Shown one piece after another: positions 46,601-60,785 of a stretch of 64,000 bases of DNA. The translations under genes were made by a program, and so were the position numbers. Positions within the stretch are counted from its first letter, which is position 1. Each line of letters starts with the position of its first letter. The notes under the pieces are model-generated. The model was not told where the DNA came from. It did no database searches and saw only the letters and a program-made list of their open reading frames with translations. The stretch is from Eledone cirrhosa (Eukaryota): assembly GCA_964016885.1 (NCBI GenBank), contig OZ024748.1, positions 30,070,001-30,134,000 of the forward strand, written 5' to 3'.

Positions 46601-49600
46601 AGCCTCTTTAGTACACATACATATAGCCTCTTTAGTACACATACATATAGCCTCTTTAGTACACTTACATATAGCCTCTTTAGTACACATACATATAGCC
46701 TCTTTAGTACACATACATATAGCTCTTTAGTACACATACATATAGCTTCTTTAGTACACATACATATAGCTTCTTTATTACACATACATATAGCTTCTTT
46801 AGTACACATACATATACCCTCTTTAGTACACATACATATAGCATCTTTAGTACACATACATATAGCTTCTTTAGTACAAATCCATATACCCTCTTTAGTA
46901 CACACACATATAGCTTCTTTAGTACACATACATATAGCCTCTTTAGTACACATACATATAGCTTCTTTAGTACACATACATATAACCTCTTTAGTACACA
47001 TACATATAGCTTCTTTAGTACACATACATATAGCTTCTTTAGTACACATACATATAGCCTCTTTAGTACACATACATATAGCCTCTTTAGTACACATACA
47101 TATAGCCTCTTTAGTACACATACATATAGCTTCTTTAGTACAAATCGATATACCCTCTTTAGTACACACACATATAGCTTCTTTAGTACACATACATATA
47201 CCCTCTTTAGTACACATACATATAGCCTCTTTAGTACACATACATATAGCCTCTTTAGTACACATACATATAGCTTCTTTAGTACAAATCCATATACCCT
47301 CTTTAGTACACACACATATAGCTTCTTTAGTACACATACATATACCCTCTTTAGTACACATACACATAGCTTCTTTAGTACACATACATATACCCTCTTT
47401 AGTACAAATCCATATACCCTCTGTAGTACACACACATATAGCTTTAGTACACATACATATAGCTTCTTTAGTACACATACATATACCCTCTTTAGTACAC
47501 ATACATATACCCTCTTTAGTACACATACATATAGCCTCTTTAGTACACATACATATAGTCTCTTTAGTACACATACATATAGCTTCTTTAGTACACATAC
47601 ATATAGCCCCTTTAGTACACATACATATAGCTTCTTTAGTACACGTACATATAGCCTCTTTAGTACACATACATATAGCTTCTTTAGTACACATACATAT
47701 AGCCTCTTTAGTAGACATACATATAGCCTCTTTAGTACACATACATATAGCTTCTTTAGTACACATACATATAGCCTCTTTAGTACACATACATATAGCC
47801 TCTTTAGTACACATACATATAGCTTCTTTAGTACACATACATATAGCTTCTTTAGTACACATACATATAGCCTCTTTAGTACACACACATATACCTTCTT
47901 TAGTACACATACATATAGCCTCTTTAGTACACATACATATAGCCTCTTTGATACACATACATATAGCCTCTTTAGTACACATACATATAGCCTCTTTAGT
48001 GCACATACATATAGCCTCTTTAGTACACATACATATACCCTCTTTAGTACACATACATATAGCCTCTTTAGTACACATACATATACCCTCTTTAGTACAC
48101 ATACATATAGCCTCTTTAGTACACATACATATACCCTCTTTAGTACACATACATATAGCCTCTTTAGTACACATACATATAGCTTCTTTACTACACATAC
48201 ATATAGCCTCTTTAGTACACATACATATAGCCTCTTTAGTACACACACATATACCTTCTTTAGTACACATACATATAGCCTCTTTAGTACACATACATAT
48301 AGCTTCTTTGGTACACATACATATAGCCTCTTTAGTACACATACATATACCCTCTTTAGTACACATACATATAGCCTCTTTAGTACACATACATATAGCT
48401 TCTTTACTACACATACATATAGCCTCTTTAGTACACATACATATAGACTCTTTAGTACACACACATATACCTTCTTTAGTACACATACATATAGCCTCTT
48501 TAGTACACATACATATAGCTTCTTTAGTACACATACATATAGCCTCTTTAGTACACATACATATAGCCTCTTTAGTACACATACATATAGCTTCTTTAGT
48601 ACACATACATATAGCCTCTTTAGTACACATACATATAGCCTCTTTAGTACACACACATATACCTTCTTTAGTACACATACATATAGCCTCTTTAGTACAC
48701 ATACATATAGCCTCTTTAGTACACATACATATAGCCTCTTTAGTACACACACATATACCTTCTTTAGTACACATACATATAGCCTCTTTAGTGCACATAC
48801 ATATAGCCTCTTTAGTGCACATACATATAGCCTCTTTAGTACACATACATATAGCCTCTTTAGTACACATACATATACCCTCTTTAGTACACATACATAT
48901 AGCCTCTTTAGTACACATACATATACCCTCTTTAGTACACATACATATAGCCTCTTTAGTACACATACATATACCCTCTTTAGTACACATACATATAGCC
49001 TCTTTAGTACACATACATATAGCCTCTTTAGTACACATACATATAACCTCTTTAGTACACACACATATAGCCTCTTTAGTACACATACATATAGCTTCTT
49101 TAGCACACATACATATAACCTCTTTAGTACACATACATATACCTTCTTTAGTACACATACATATAGCCTCTTTAGTACACACACATACAGCCTCTTTAGT
49201 ACACATACATATAGCCTCTTTAGTACACATACATATAGCCTCTTTAGTACACATACATATACCCTCTTTAGTACACATACATATAGCTTCTTTAGTACAC
49301 ATACATATAGCCTCTTTAGTACACATACATATAGCCTCTTTAGTACACACACATATAGCCTCTTTAGTACACATACATATAGCCTCTTTAGTACACATAC
49401 ATATACCCTCTTTAGTACACATACATATAGCTTCTTTAGTACACATACATATACCCTCTTTAGTACACATACATATAGCCTCTATAGTACACACACATAT
49501 AGCCTCTTTAGTATACATATATATAGCTTCTTTAGTACACATACATATAGCCTCTTTAGTACACATACATATAGCCTCTTTAGTACACATACATATACCC

Positions 49601-52600
49601 TCATTAGTACACATACATATACACTCTTTAGTAAAAATACATATAGCTTCTTTAGTACACATACATATAGCCTCTATAGTACACACACATATAGCCTCTT
49701 TAGTACACATACATATAGCCTCTTTAGTACACATACATATACCCTCTTTAGTACACATACATATAGCCTCTTTAGTACACATACATATAGCCTCTTTAGT
49801 ACACATACATATAGCCTCTTTAGTACACATACATATAGCTTCTTTAGTACACATACATATAGCTTCTTTAGTACACATACATATACCCTCTTTAGTACAC
49901 ATACATATAGCCTCTTTAGTACACATACATATACCCTCTTTAGTACACATACATATAGCCTCTTTAGTACACATACATATAGCCTCTTTAGTACACATAC
50001 ATATAGCCTCTTTAGTACACATACATATACCCTCTTTAGTACACATACATATACCCTCTTTAGTACACATACATATACCCTCTTTAGTACACATACATAT
50101 AGCCTCTATAGTACACACACATATAGCCTCTTTAGTATACATATATATAGCTTCTTTAGTACACATACATATAGCCTCTTTAGTACACATACATATAGCC
50201 TCTTTAGTACACATACATATACCCTCTTTAGTACACATACATATACACTCTTTAGTACACATACATATAGCTTCTTTAGTACACATACATATAGCCTCTA
50301 TAGTACACACACATATAGCCTATTTAGTATACATATATATAGCTTCTTTAGTACACATACATATAGCCTCTTTAGTGCACATACATATAGCCTCTTTAGT
50401 ACACATACATATAGCCTATTTAGTACACATACATATAGCCTCTTTAGAACACATACATATAGCTTCTTTAGTACACATACATATAGCCTCTTTAGTACAC
50501 ATACATATACCCTCTTTAGTACACATACATATACCCTCTTTAGTACACATACATATACCCTCTTTAGTACACATACATATAGCCTCTTTAGTACACATAC
50601 ATATACCCTCTTTAGTACACATACATATAGCCTCTTTAGTACACATACATATACCCTCTTTAGTACACATACATATACCCTCTTTAGTACACATACATAT
50701 AGCCTCTTTAGTACACATACATATACCCTCTTTAGTACACATACATATAGCCTCTTTAGTACACATACATATAGCCTCTTTAGTACACATACATATACCC
50801 TCTTTAGTACACATACATATAGCCTCTTTAGTACACATACATATAGCCTCTTTAGTACACATACATATAGCTTCTTTAGTACACATACATATAGCTTCTT
50901 TAGTACACATACATATACCCTCTTTAGTACACATACATATAGCCTCTTTAGTATGCATACATATACCCTCTTTAGTACACATACATATAGCCTCTTTAGT
51001 ACACATACATATAGCCTCTTTAGTACACTTACATATAGCCTCTTTAGTACACATACATATAACTTCTTTAGTACACATACATATAGCTTCTTTAGTACAC
51101 ATACATATACCCTCTTTAGTACACATACATATAGCCTCTTTAGTACACATACATATAGCTTCTTTAGTACACATACATATAGCCTCTTTAGTACACATAC
51201 ATATAGCTTCTTTAGTACACATACATATACCCTCTTTAGTACACATACATATAGCCTCTTTAGTATACATACATATAACCTCTTCAGTACACATACATAT
51301 ACCTTCTTTAGTACACATACATATAGCTTCTTTAGTACACATAAATATACCCTCTTTAGTACACATACATATAGCCTCTTTAGTACACATACATATACCC
51401 TCTTTAGTACACATACATATAGCCTCTTTAGTACACATACATATAGCCTCTTTAGTACACATACATATAGCTTCTTTAGTACAAATCCATATACCCTCTT
51501 TAGTACACACACATATAGCTTCTTTAGTACACATACATATAGCCTCTTTAGTACACATACATATAGCTTCTTTAGTACACATACATATAACCTCTTTAGT
51601 ACACATACATATAGCTTCTTTAGTACACATACATATAGCTTCTTTAGTACACATACATATAGCCTCTTTAGTACACATACATATAGCCTCTTTAGTACAC
51701 ATACATATAGCCTCTTTAGTACACATACATATAGCCTCTTTAGTACACATACATATAGCTTCTTTAGTACAAATCCATATACCCTCTTTAGTACACACAC
51801 ATATAGCTTCTTTAGTACACATACATATACCCTCTTTAGTACACATACATATAGCCTCTTTAGTACACATACATATAGCCTCTTTAGTACACATACATAT
51901 AGCTTCTTTAGTACAAATCCATATACCCTCTTTAGTACACACACATATAGCTTCTTTAGTACACATACATATACCCTCTTTAGTACACATACATATAGCT
52001 TCTTTAGTACACATACATATACCCTCTTTAGTACAAATCCATATACCCTCTTTAGTACACACACATATAGCTTTAGTACACATACATATAGCTTCTTTAG
52101 TACACATACATATACCCTCTTTAGTACACATACATATACCCTCTTTAGTACACATACATATACCCTCTTTAGTACACATACATATAGTCTCTTTAGTACA
52201 CATACATATAGCTTCTTTAGTACACATACATATAGCCCCTTTAGTATTCATACATATAGCTTCTTTAGTACACATACATATAGCCTCTTTTGTACACATA
52301 CATATAGCTTCTTTAGTACACATACATATAGCCTCTTTAGTATACATACATATACCCTCTTTAGTACACATACATATAGCCTCTTTAGTACACATACATA
52401 TAGCCTCTTAATACACATACATATACCCTCTTTAGTACACATAAATATAGCCTCTTTAGTATACATACATATAGCCTCTTTAGTACACATACATATACCT
52501 TCTTTAGTACACATACATATAGCTTCTTTAGTACACATAAATATACCCTCTTTAGTACACATACATGTAGCCTCTTTAGTACACATACATATACCCTCTT

Positions 52601-55600
52601 TAGTACACATACATATAGCCTCTTTAGTACACATACATATAGCTTCTTTAGTACATATCCATATACCCTCTTTAGTACACACACATATAGCTTCTTTAGT
52701 ACATATACATATAGCCTCTTTAGTACACATACATATAGCTTCTTTAGTACACATACATATAACCTCTTTCGTACACATATATATAGCTTCTTTAGTACAC
52801 ATACATATAGCCTCTTTAGTACACATACATATAGCCTCTTTAGTACACATACATATAGCCTCTTTAGTACACATACATATACCCTCTTTAGTACACATAC
52901 ATATAGCCTCTTTAGTACACATACATATACCTTCTTTTGTACACATACATATACCTTCTTTAGTACACATACATATACCCTCTTTAGTACACATACATAT
53001 AGCCTCTTTAGTACACATACATATACCCTCTTTAGTATACATACATATAGCCTCTTTAGTACACATACATATAGCCTCTTTAGTACACATACATATACCC
53101 TCTTTAGTACACATACATATAGCCTCTTTAGTACACATACATATAGCCTCTTTAGTACACATACATATAGCTTCTTTAGTACACATAAATATACCCTCTT
53201 TAGTACACATACATATAGCCTCTTTAGTACACATACATATACCTTCTTTTGTACACATACATATACCTTCTTTAGTACACATACATATACCCTCTTTAGT
53301 ACACATACATATAGCCTCTTTAGTACACATACATATACCCTCTTTAGTATACATACATATAGCCTCTTTAGTACACATACATATAGCCTCTTTAGTACAC
53401 ATACATATACCCTCTTTAGTATACATACATATAGCCTCTTTAGTACACATACATATACCCTCTTTAGTACACATATATATATCCTCTTTAGTACACATAC
53501 ATATAGCCTCTTTAGTACACATACATATGGCTTCTTTAGTACACATACATATAGCTTCTTTAGTACACATACATATAACCTCTTTAGTACACACACATAT
53601 AGCCTCTTTAGTACACATACATATAGCTTCTTTAGTACACATACATATAACCTCTTTAGTACACATACATATAGCTTCTTTAGTACACATACATATAGCT
53701 TCTTTAGTACACATACATATAGCCACTTTAGTACACATACATATACCCTCTTTAGTACACATACATATATCCTCTTTAGTACACATACATATACACTCTT
53801 TAGTACACATACTTATACCCTCTTTAGTACACATACATATAGCCTCTTTCGTACACATACATATACCCTCTTTAGTACACATATATATACCCTCTTTAGT
53901 ACACATATATATATCCTCTTTAGTACACATACATATAGCTTCTTTAGTACACATACATATACCCTCTTTAGTACACATACATATAGCCTCTTTAGTATAC
54001 ATACATATACCCTCTTTAGTACACATACATATAGCCTCTTTAGTACACTTACATATAGCCTCTTTAGTACACATACATATAGCTTCTTTAGTACACATAC
54101 ATATAGCTTCTTTAGTACACATACATATAGCTTCTTTAGTACACATACATATAGCTTCTTTAGTACACATACATATAGCTTCTTTATTACACATACATAT
54201 AGCTTCTTTAGTACACATACATACACCCTCTTTAGTACACATACATATAGCCTCTTTAGTACAGATACATATAGCTTCTTTAGTACACATACATATAGCT
54301 TCTTTAGTACACATACATATAGCTTCTTTAGTACAAATCCATATAACCTCTTTAGTACACACACATATAGCTTCTTTAGTACACATACATATACCCTCTT
54401 TAGTACACATACATATAGCTTCTTTAGTACACATACATATACCCTCTTTAGTACAAATCCATATACCCTCTTTAGTACACACACATATAGCTTTAGTACA
54501 CATACATATAGCTTCTTTAGTACACATACATATACCCTCTTTAGTACACATACATATACCCTCTTTAGTACACATACATATAGCCTCTTTAGTACACATA
54601 CATATAGCCTCTTTAGTACACATACATATAGCTTCTTTAGTACACATACATATAGCCCCTTTAGTACACATACATATAGCTTCTTTAGTACACATACATA
54701 TAGCCTCTTTAGTATACATACATATACCCTCTTTAGTACACATACATATAGCCTCTTTAGTACACATACATATAGCCTCTTTAGTACACATACATATACC
54801 CTCTTTAGTACACATACATATAGCCTCTTTAGTATACATACATATAGCCTCTTTAGTACACATACATATACCTTCTTTAGTACACGTACATATAGCTTCT
54901 TTAGTACACATAAATATACCCTCTTTAGTACACACACATATAGCTTCTTTAGTACACATAAATATACTCTTTAGTACACATACATGTAGCCTCTTTAGTA
55001 CACATACATATACCCTCTTTAGTACACATACATACAGCCTCTTTACTACACATACATATAGCCTCTTTAGTACACATACATATAGCTTCTTTAGTACAAA
55101 TCCATATACCCTCTTTAGTACACACACATATAGCTTCTTTAGTACACATACATATACCCTCTTTAGTACACATACATATAGCTTCTTTAGTACACATACA
55201 GATACCCTCTTTAGTACAAATCCATATACCCTCTTTAGTACACACACATATAGCTTTAGTACACATACATATACCCTCTTTAGTACACATACATATAGCC
55301 TCTTTAGTACACATACATATACCCTCTTTAGTACACACACATATACCCTCTTTAGTACACATACAAATAGCCTCTTTAGTACACATACATATAACCTCTT
55401 TAGTACACATACATATAGCTTCTTTAGTACACATACATATACCCTCTTTAGTACACATACATATACCCTCTTTAGTACACATACATATACCCTCTTTAGT
55501 ACACATACATATAGCCTCTTTAGTTCACATACATATAGCCTCTTTAGTACACATACATATAGCCTCTTTAGTACACATACATATAGCTTCTTTAGTACAC

Positions 55601-57803
55601 ATACATATACCCTCTTTAGTACACATACATATACCCTCTTTAGTACACATACTTATAGCCTCTTTAGTTCACATACATATAGCTTCTTTAGTACACATAC
55701 ATATAGCTTCTTTAGTACACATACATATACCCTCTTTAGTACACATACATATACCCTCTTTAGTACACATACATATACCCTCTTTAGTACACATACATAT
55801 AGCCTCTTTAGTTCACATACATATAGCTTCTTTAGTACACATACATATAGCTTCTTTAGTACACATACATATACCCTCTTTAGTACACATACATATACCC
55901 TCTTTAGTACACATACATATAGCCTCTTTAGTACACATACATATACCCTCTTTAGTACACATACATATAGCCTCTTTAGTACACATACATATACCCTCTT
56001 TAGTACACATACATATAGCCTCTTTAGTACAAATACATATAGCCTCTTTAGTACACATACATATACCCTCTTTAGTACACATACATATAGCCTCTTTAGT
56101 ACAAATACATATAGCCTCTTTAGTACACATACATATAGCCTCTTTAGTACAAATACATATAGCCTCTTTAGTACACATACATATAGTCTCTTTAGTACAC
56201 ATACATATAGCTTCTTTAGTACACATACATATACCCTCTTTAGTACACATACATATAGTCTCTTTAGTACACATACATATAGCTTCTTTAGTACACATAC
56301 ATATACCCTCTTTAGAACACATACATATAGCCTCTTTACTACACATACATATAGCCTCTTTAGTACACATACATATACCCTCTTTAGTACACATACATAT
56401 AGCCTCTTTAGAACACATACATATAGCCTCTTTAGTACACATACATATACCCTCTTTAGAACACATACATATAGCCTCTTTAGTACACATACATATAGCC
56501 TCTTTAGTACACATACATATACCCTCTTTAGAACACATACATATACCCTCTTTAGTACACATACATATACCCTCTTTAGAACACATACATATAGCCTCTT
56601 TAGTACACATACATATAGCCACTTAAGTACACATACATATAGTCTCTTTAGTACACATACATATAGCCTCTTTAGTACACATACATATACACTCTTTAGA
56701 ACACATACATATAGCCTCTTTAGTACACATACATATAGCCTCTTTAGTACAAATACATATACCCTCTTTAGTACACATACATATAGCCTCTTTAGTACAC
56801 ATACATATACCCTCTTTAGTACACATACATATAGCCTCTTTAGTACACATACATATACCCTCTTTAGTACACATACATATAGCCTCTTTAGTACACATAC
56901 ATATACCCTCTTTAGTACACATACATATACCCTCTTTAGTACACATACATATACCCTCTTTAGTACACATACATATACCCTCTTTAGTACACATACATAT
57001 AGCCTCTTTAGTACAAATACATATAGCCTCTTTAGTACACATACATATAGTCTCTTTAGTACACATACATATAGCTTCTTTAGTACACATACATATACCC
57101 TCTTTAGTACACATACATATAGTCTCTTTAGTACACATACATATAGCTTCTTTAGTACACATACATATACCCTCTTTAGAACACATACATATAGCCTCTT
57201 TAGTACACATACATATAGCCTCTTTAGTACACATACATATAGCCTCTTTAGTACACATACATATACCCTATTTAGAACACATACATATAGCCTCTTTAGT
57301 ACACATACATATACCCTCTTTAGAACACATACATATAGCCTCTTTAGTACACATACATATTGCCTCTTTAGTACACATATATATACCCTCTTTAGAACAC
57401 ATACATATACCCTCTTTAGTACACATACATATACCCTCTTTAGAACACAGACATATAGCCTCTTTAGTACACATACATATAGTCTCTTTAGTACACATAC
57501 ATATAGCCTCTTTAGTACACATACATATACACTCTTTAGAACACATACATATAGCCTCTTTAGTACACATACATATAGCCTCTTTAGTACAAATACATAT
57601 ACCCTCTTTAGTACACATACATATAGCCTCTTTAGTACACATACATATATAATGTTGTGGCTAATTCTCCAATCAATTATTACCATTTAATCAATTTCTA
57701 ACTAAACTCCACATAAATTATAATTTATTTTTATTGAACAGTTAATTGTTGAAGTGTTGAAGTCTTCTTCCAGGGAATTATATTTCAATTTTTTTATCTT
57801 CAG

Positions 57804-57848
57804 ATATGTATTTGCCAACAAAATCTTGGACATGACAGAGTTAAAAAG
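57804..57848 (+). other. Candidate 45-nt internal exon of an unidentified host gene
   Basis: Acceptor-like TTTCAATTTTTTTATCTTCAG, donor-like AAG|GTAAAG, length divisible by 3, and an open frame reading YVFANKILDMTELK. Supported by splice signals only. Confidence 0.25.
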
Positions 57849-57889
57849 GTAAAGAAACAGTTACCATTCCAACTTTCAGGTATTTCCAA

Positions 57890-58495
57890 ATACAGACACA
57901 GGTCCAGTGATTTTTTTTAATTTCTTTTTTTCTTTCCACTATTCAAAAGGAGTGCTATTTTCCATATTTTGATACTGAATGACAAGAACCTCCTAACAAC
58001 GGGAGATATTTTGAAAATCTCTAAACACTTTTCAATCCAACTGTGTGGCGAACTATCGAACACTTTTTTGTAATCTATCCAAGCAATTGATAGATTTTTG
58101 TGTATATTATGACAATCTTCCAGTATCATTTTGTTAATCAAAAGCTGATCCTTACAGCCATATGAGCCTTGTTTACACCCTTTCTGCTCATTGGGAAATA
58201 GATCATTTGTTACCAGGTGATCATATATATTCAGTTAGGACTGATGTTAGCATTTTACACATTGTGGTCAAGCAAGTTATCGGTCTGTAATTTTTTGGAT
58301 TATTTGTCTCATCATTCTTCGGATGTAGGAATGTAATACCGTTAACTAGCCATGATGGTATCTTTTCTGGCTCCTTAACCATTTCATTGTAAAGTTGGGC
58401 TAAAAGCTCATGAGACTCTGTGAAAGCATTTATCCAAAAATTTCGGTATTTTGTCTTTCCCTGGGGATTTCCATTTGCTGGATTTTCTAAGAGCT
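57890..58495 (-). pseudogene. Reverse transcriptase fragment (domains 0 to about 3) of the R4/Dong-type element
   Basis: ORF-track 58221..58529 and 57917..58141 carry NYRPITCL and WIDYKKVFDS. Frameshifts separate the pieces, and homology stops before the QGD and YxDD motifs. Confidence 0.9.
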
Positions 58496-58941
58496 TGTAG
58501 TGACCTACATTCCGCGGGCTCACATACATTCTCTGTGCGTGATTTGGCTCAGCTCAGCCAATCAGCGCCAGGAGAAGAGGATGTATCCCTACGCGTTCTG
58601 AGAGAGAAATAGCCCGCGAAGATTTGAGAAATCAAAGACTCGCAGCTTGACCATGCTAAGGTAAACACCACTTGTTCTTTTGCTCCGTAAGCACAAACAA
58701 TATGTAACAACAAAACATTCCTACGGGCCTGGCCAAACGCCTCAGCCAGTCGACCGTATTTTCTCTTGTAATCTTAATTGAATTATTTCTCTTGGCAGGC
58801 CAGCTTAATTCACTTCTTAACCTTTGTTAATAAATTATGTAAAAACAAGCTAAAGTCGTTGTCGATATTCCTATCATATCTTTCTACCAAACCTGGTTCC
58901 TCGTGGCAACACTACAACTCTCTAAATACTTCTCTGCTAAA
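58496..58941 (+). repeat. 5' LTR (446 bp)
   Basis: Starts TGTAGTG and ends GCTAAA just before the PBS. Contains CCAAT (about 58558) and AATAAA (58829-58834). Confidence 0.9.
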
Positions 58942-58942
58942 T

Positions 58943-58960
58943 TGGTGACCCTCGACGATT
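58943..58960 (+). promoter_or_regulatory. Primer-binding site resembling the complement of the tRNA-Trp 3' end
   Basis: TGGTGACCCTCGACGATT begins 1 nt after LTR1; compare the canonical Trp PBS TGGTGACCCCGACGTGAT. Confidence 0.75.
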
Positions 58961-60785
58961 AAGTATGAAAACGCAGCCTATTTGAATTCGCCATTCGTTT
59001 TAATGGCTATGTGGAGTGGCTTAACATTTGGAGTGTTCGAATCGGGTAGCTAGACTCACTTAGCGTAAGTCCATAAAATCCATAATATTCCATTTGTTGA
59101 AGCACGCGGCCTGCACAATATTTCTGTCATAACTTTCATGGTAACACTAGTAACTCACGCATACAGACGAACACAAAAAAAATTAATAAAAAAAAAAAGG
59201 ATTTCTCTGGATGTGGAATTTTGCTTTCGCCGTTCTGTTGAAATTACAAATGGAGACTCAGAAATTTTGTTTTCCCGCGTACAGCTTGTCTTCTCCAATC
59301 CCAGCCATCTGATTGGCTGCATCGTGCCACATGACGGCTTCTTCATCACAGACGCATTTTTCAATCGGCCATCTTGGATTTTCTTGCCGAATAATTTTCA
59401 TGGAAAATAATTTTTTTTCATTATTCAAATTTTCTTTAGAATATTTTAGAAAAAAAGAAAAAATTAGCAGTATTTCAAAAACTTGTCGCCACGAGGAAAT
59501 TTCAAAACGGCTACCACCAAGTACCAGCCATCAGCAGCAACACATGGCTAACTATTAACCAACACCAGGAAACGGCTTGTAACTTTACCGACGCAACCAC
59601 CATACCTTCTGTCTCGTTACCACAAGGACTCGAGAAATTAAGACATTAGTTTTCTCACCATTATGGCGTCAGACGTGGCTGCCATGTTGGTGACGCTAGG
59701 TTCTTCAACGCTCGACTTCTACTCTACAGAAGATTCATTGTGACTTTGCTTTAACAACAACAACAACTCTACTAGCTCCCTAGTAAGAGCATTCCCAAAG
59801 AGAAAAGAAGCGAACTTTTTGTTAAAAGAAAAGAAACAATTCTTTCTTTCTTCCTTTTTTTTTTTCAGGCATTTATTTTGGACATTTATTTTTTTTTTTT
59901 AAACTGTATTATATGAAAATTCATTTCTCTCTATCATTGTATATGTGACCGCACGCACACATTTTCTTTGCTGTATTACATGCCTGCATATATACACACA
60001 CCAACATGTTGTTGTCTATGGTATGTGATCTTCAAGCGTCGTAATATTCTGCGAGATCCCTTTTCACCTTCTAGAGGTACCAAAACATGCTATCGACACT
60101 TGCAGCTTAATTCACCTGCACCGCAACACGTGAATGCTAATTGCAGCTGAACTCAAACAGTTTCGCATCTCGTTGCACATTCATCGTCCATAACAACCTC
60201 TATCTTGTTATCTTACCCAACTCACCGGGAAAACAACAAATAGAACTGGACTTGTCAGCATTTCCACCACTTCTGTGGATTCGCCCGAATTGTGGGACTG
60301 CAACCCACCTACAGATTCAGCTTGTTTTTTTTCTTATCAAAGCAACCAGCCATTTTTTCCTGGCTCCCTAGCACATTCAGCAATACATCTGGGAGGCCAA
60401 CATTTTCTCGCCTACCCATCATCTTCTTGCCAGCACTGGTAAACTACCATAATAGCTTCGTCCACAGCTACTGGTACAACACTTACCATTAACATTTAAT
60501 GCAAGAACAGCAACTTCGCCTATGTCAGACTTTATCTGTTTTCTGTTAGACATTTGGTGGTCACGTATAAACTACAAAACAGCTAGTCAGCGCCTCATTT
60601 TTTTTCTTGCATGCATCTTTCTGCTCAATTATTTTTTCACTGATGTGCTCTTTCAGCATTTGTTCTTGCTGATTCAATAATCTATATCGACTTCCGTCTA
60701 GAAGGGGGGGGGGGGGTAAACTGTACCTTGTGGGTCCTTGGCTTCATCGTTAACGATTTTCGGCTAAAAATCTGCTCGGAGGTGA

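Larger units (their letters stand above)
27240..56410. repeat. Large tandem segmental duplication of satellite plus insert: copy A about 27.2-42.9 kb, copy B about 42.9-56.4 kb
   Basis: The inserts and their flanks recur at offset 15636. Later markers recur at offsets 13477 (34471/47948), 13453 (36845/50298), 13621 (38790/52411) and 13547 (41402/54949, 42266/55813). Boundaries are approximate. Confidence 0.9.
1..57649. repeat. 24-bp tandem satellite array, consensus TTTAGTACACATACATATAGCCTC, about 2,350 monomers; begins before the window and is interrupted at 27410-28054 and 43046-43690
   Basis: The 24-nt period is directly visible throughout. The common variants differ at the GCC/CCC/GCT triplet, with occasional 23-bp and 21-bp monomers. 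The last monomer ends ...ATACATATA at about 57649, followed by unique AT-rich DNA. Confidence 0.99.

Noticed and set aside
1-57649. CRISPR-like array or information-encoding cassette system
   Set aside because: Monomers are contiguous with no unique spacers, no cas or recombinase genes are present, and the variant order is explained by block duplication.
1-57649. Telomeric repeat (TTTAG resembles TTAGG/TTTAGGG)
   Set aside because: There is no G-run telomere motif, and the heterogeneous monomers with kb-scale duplications do not look telomerase-templated.
1-57649. CCTCTTTAG in every monomer as recursive-splicing acceptor sites
   Set aside because: The AG is followed by TAC rather than GT, so it is not an AG|GT ratchet point, and the pyrimidine tract is short.
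264-57690. Dozens of long ORFs, up to 2245 aa, made of CTKEAICM, VLKRLYVC, HIHIASLV or STHTYSLF repeats
   Set aside because: A 24-bp monomer is 8 codons and is stop-free in four of six frames. ORFs overlap on both strands and switch peptide at 23-bp monomers, so no frame is preserved.
59138-60492. Short ORFs (60-90 aa) inside the LTR element
   Set aside because: They show no gag, protease, RT or integrase motifs, mostly lack ATG starts, and their lengths are expected by chance.
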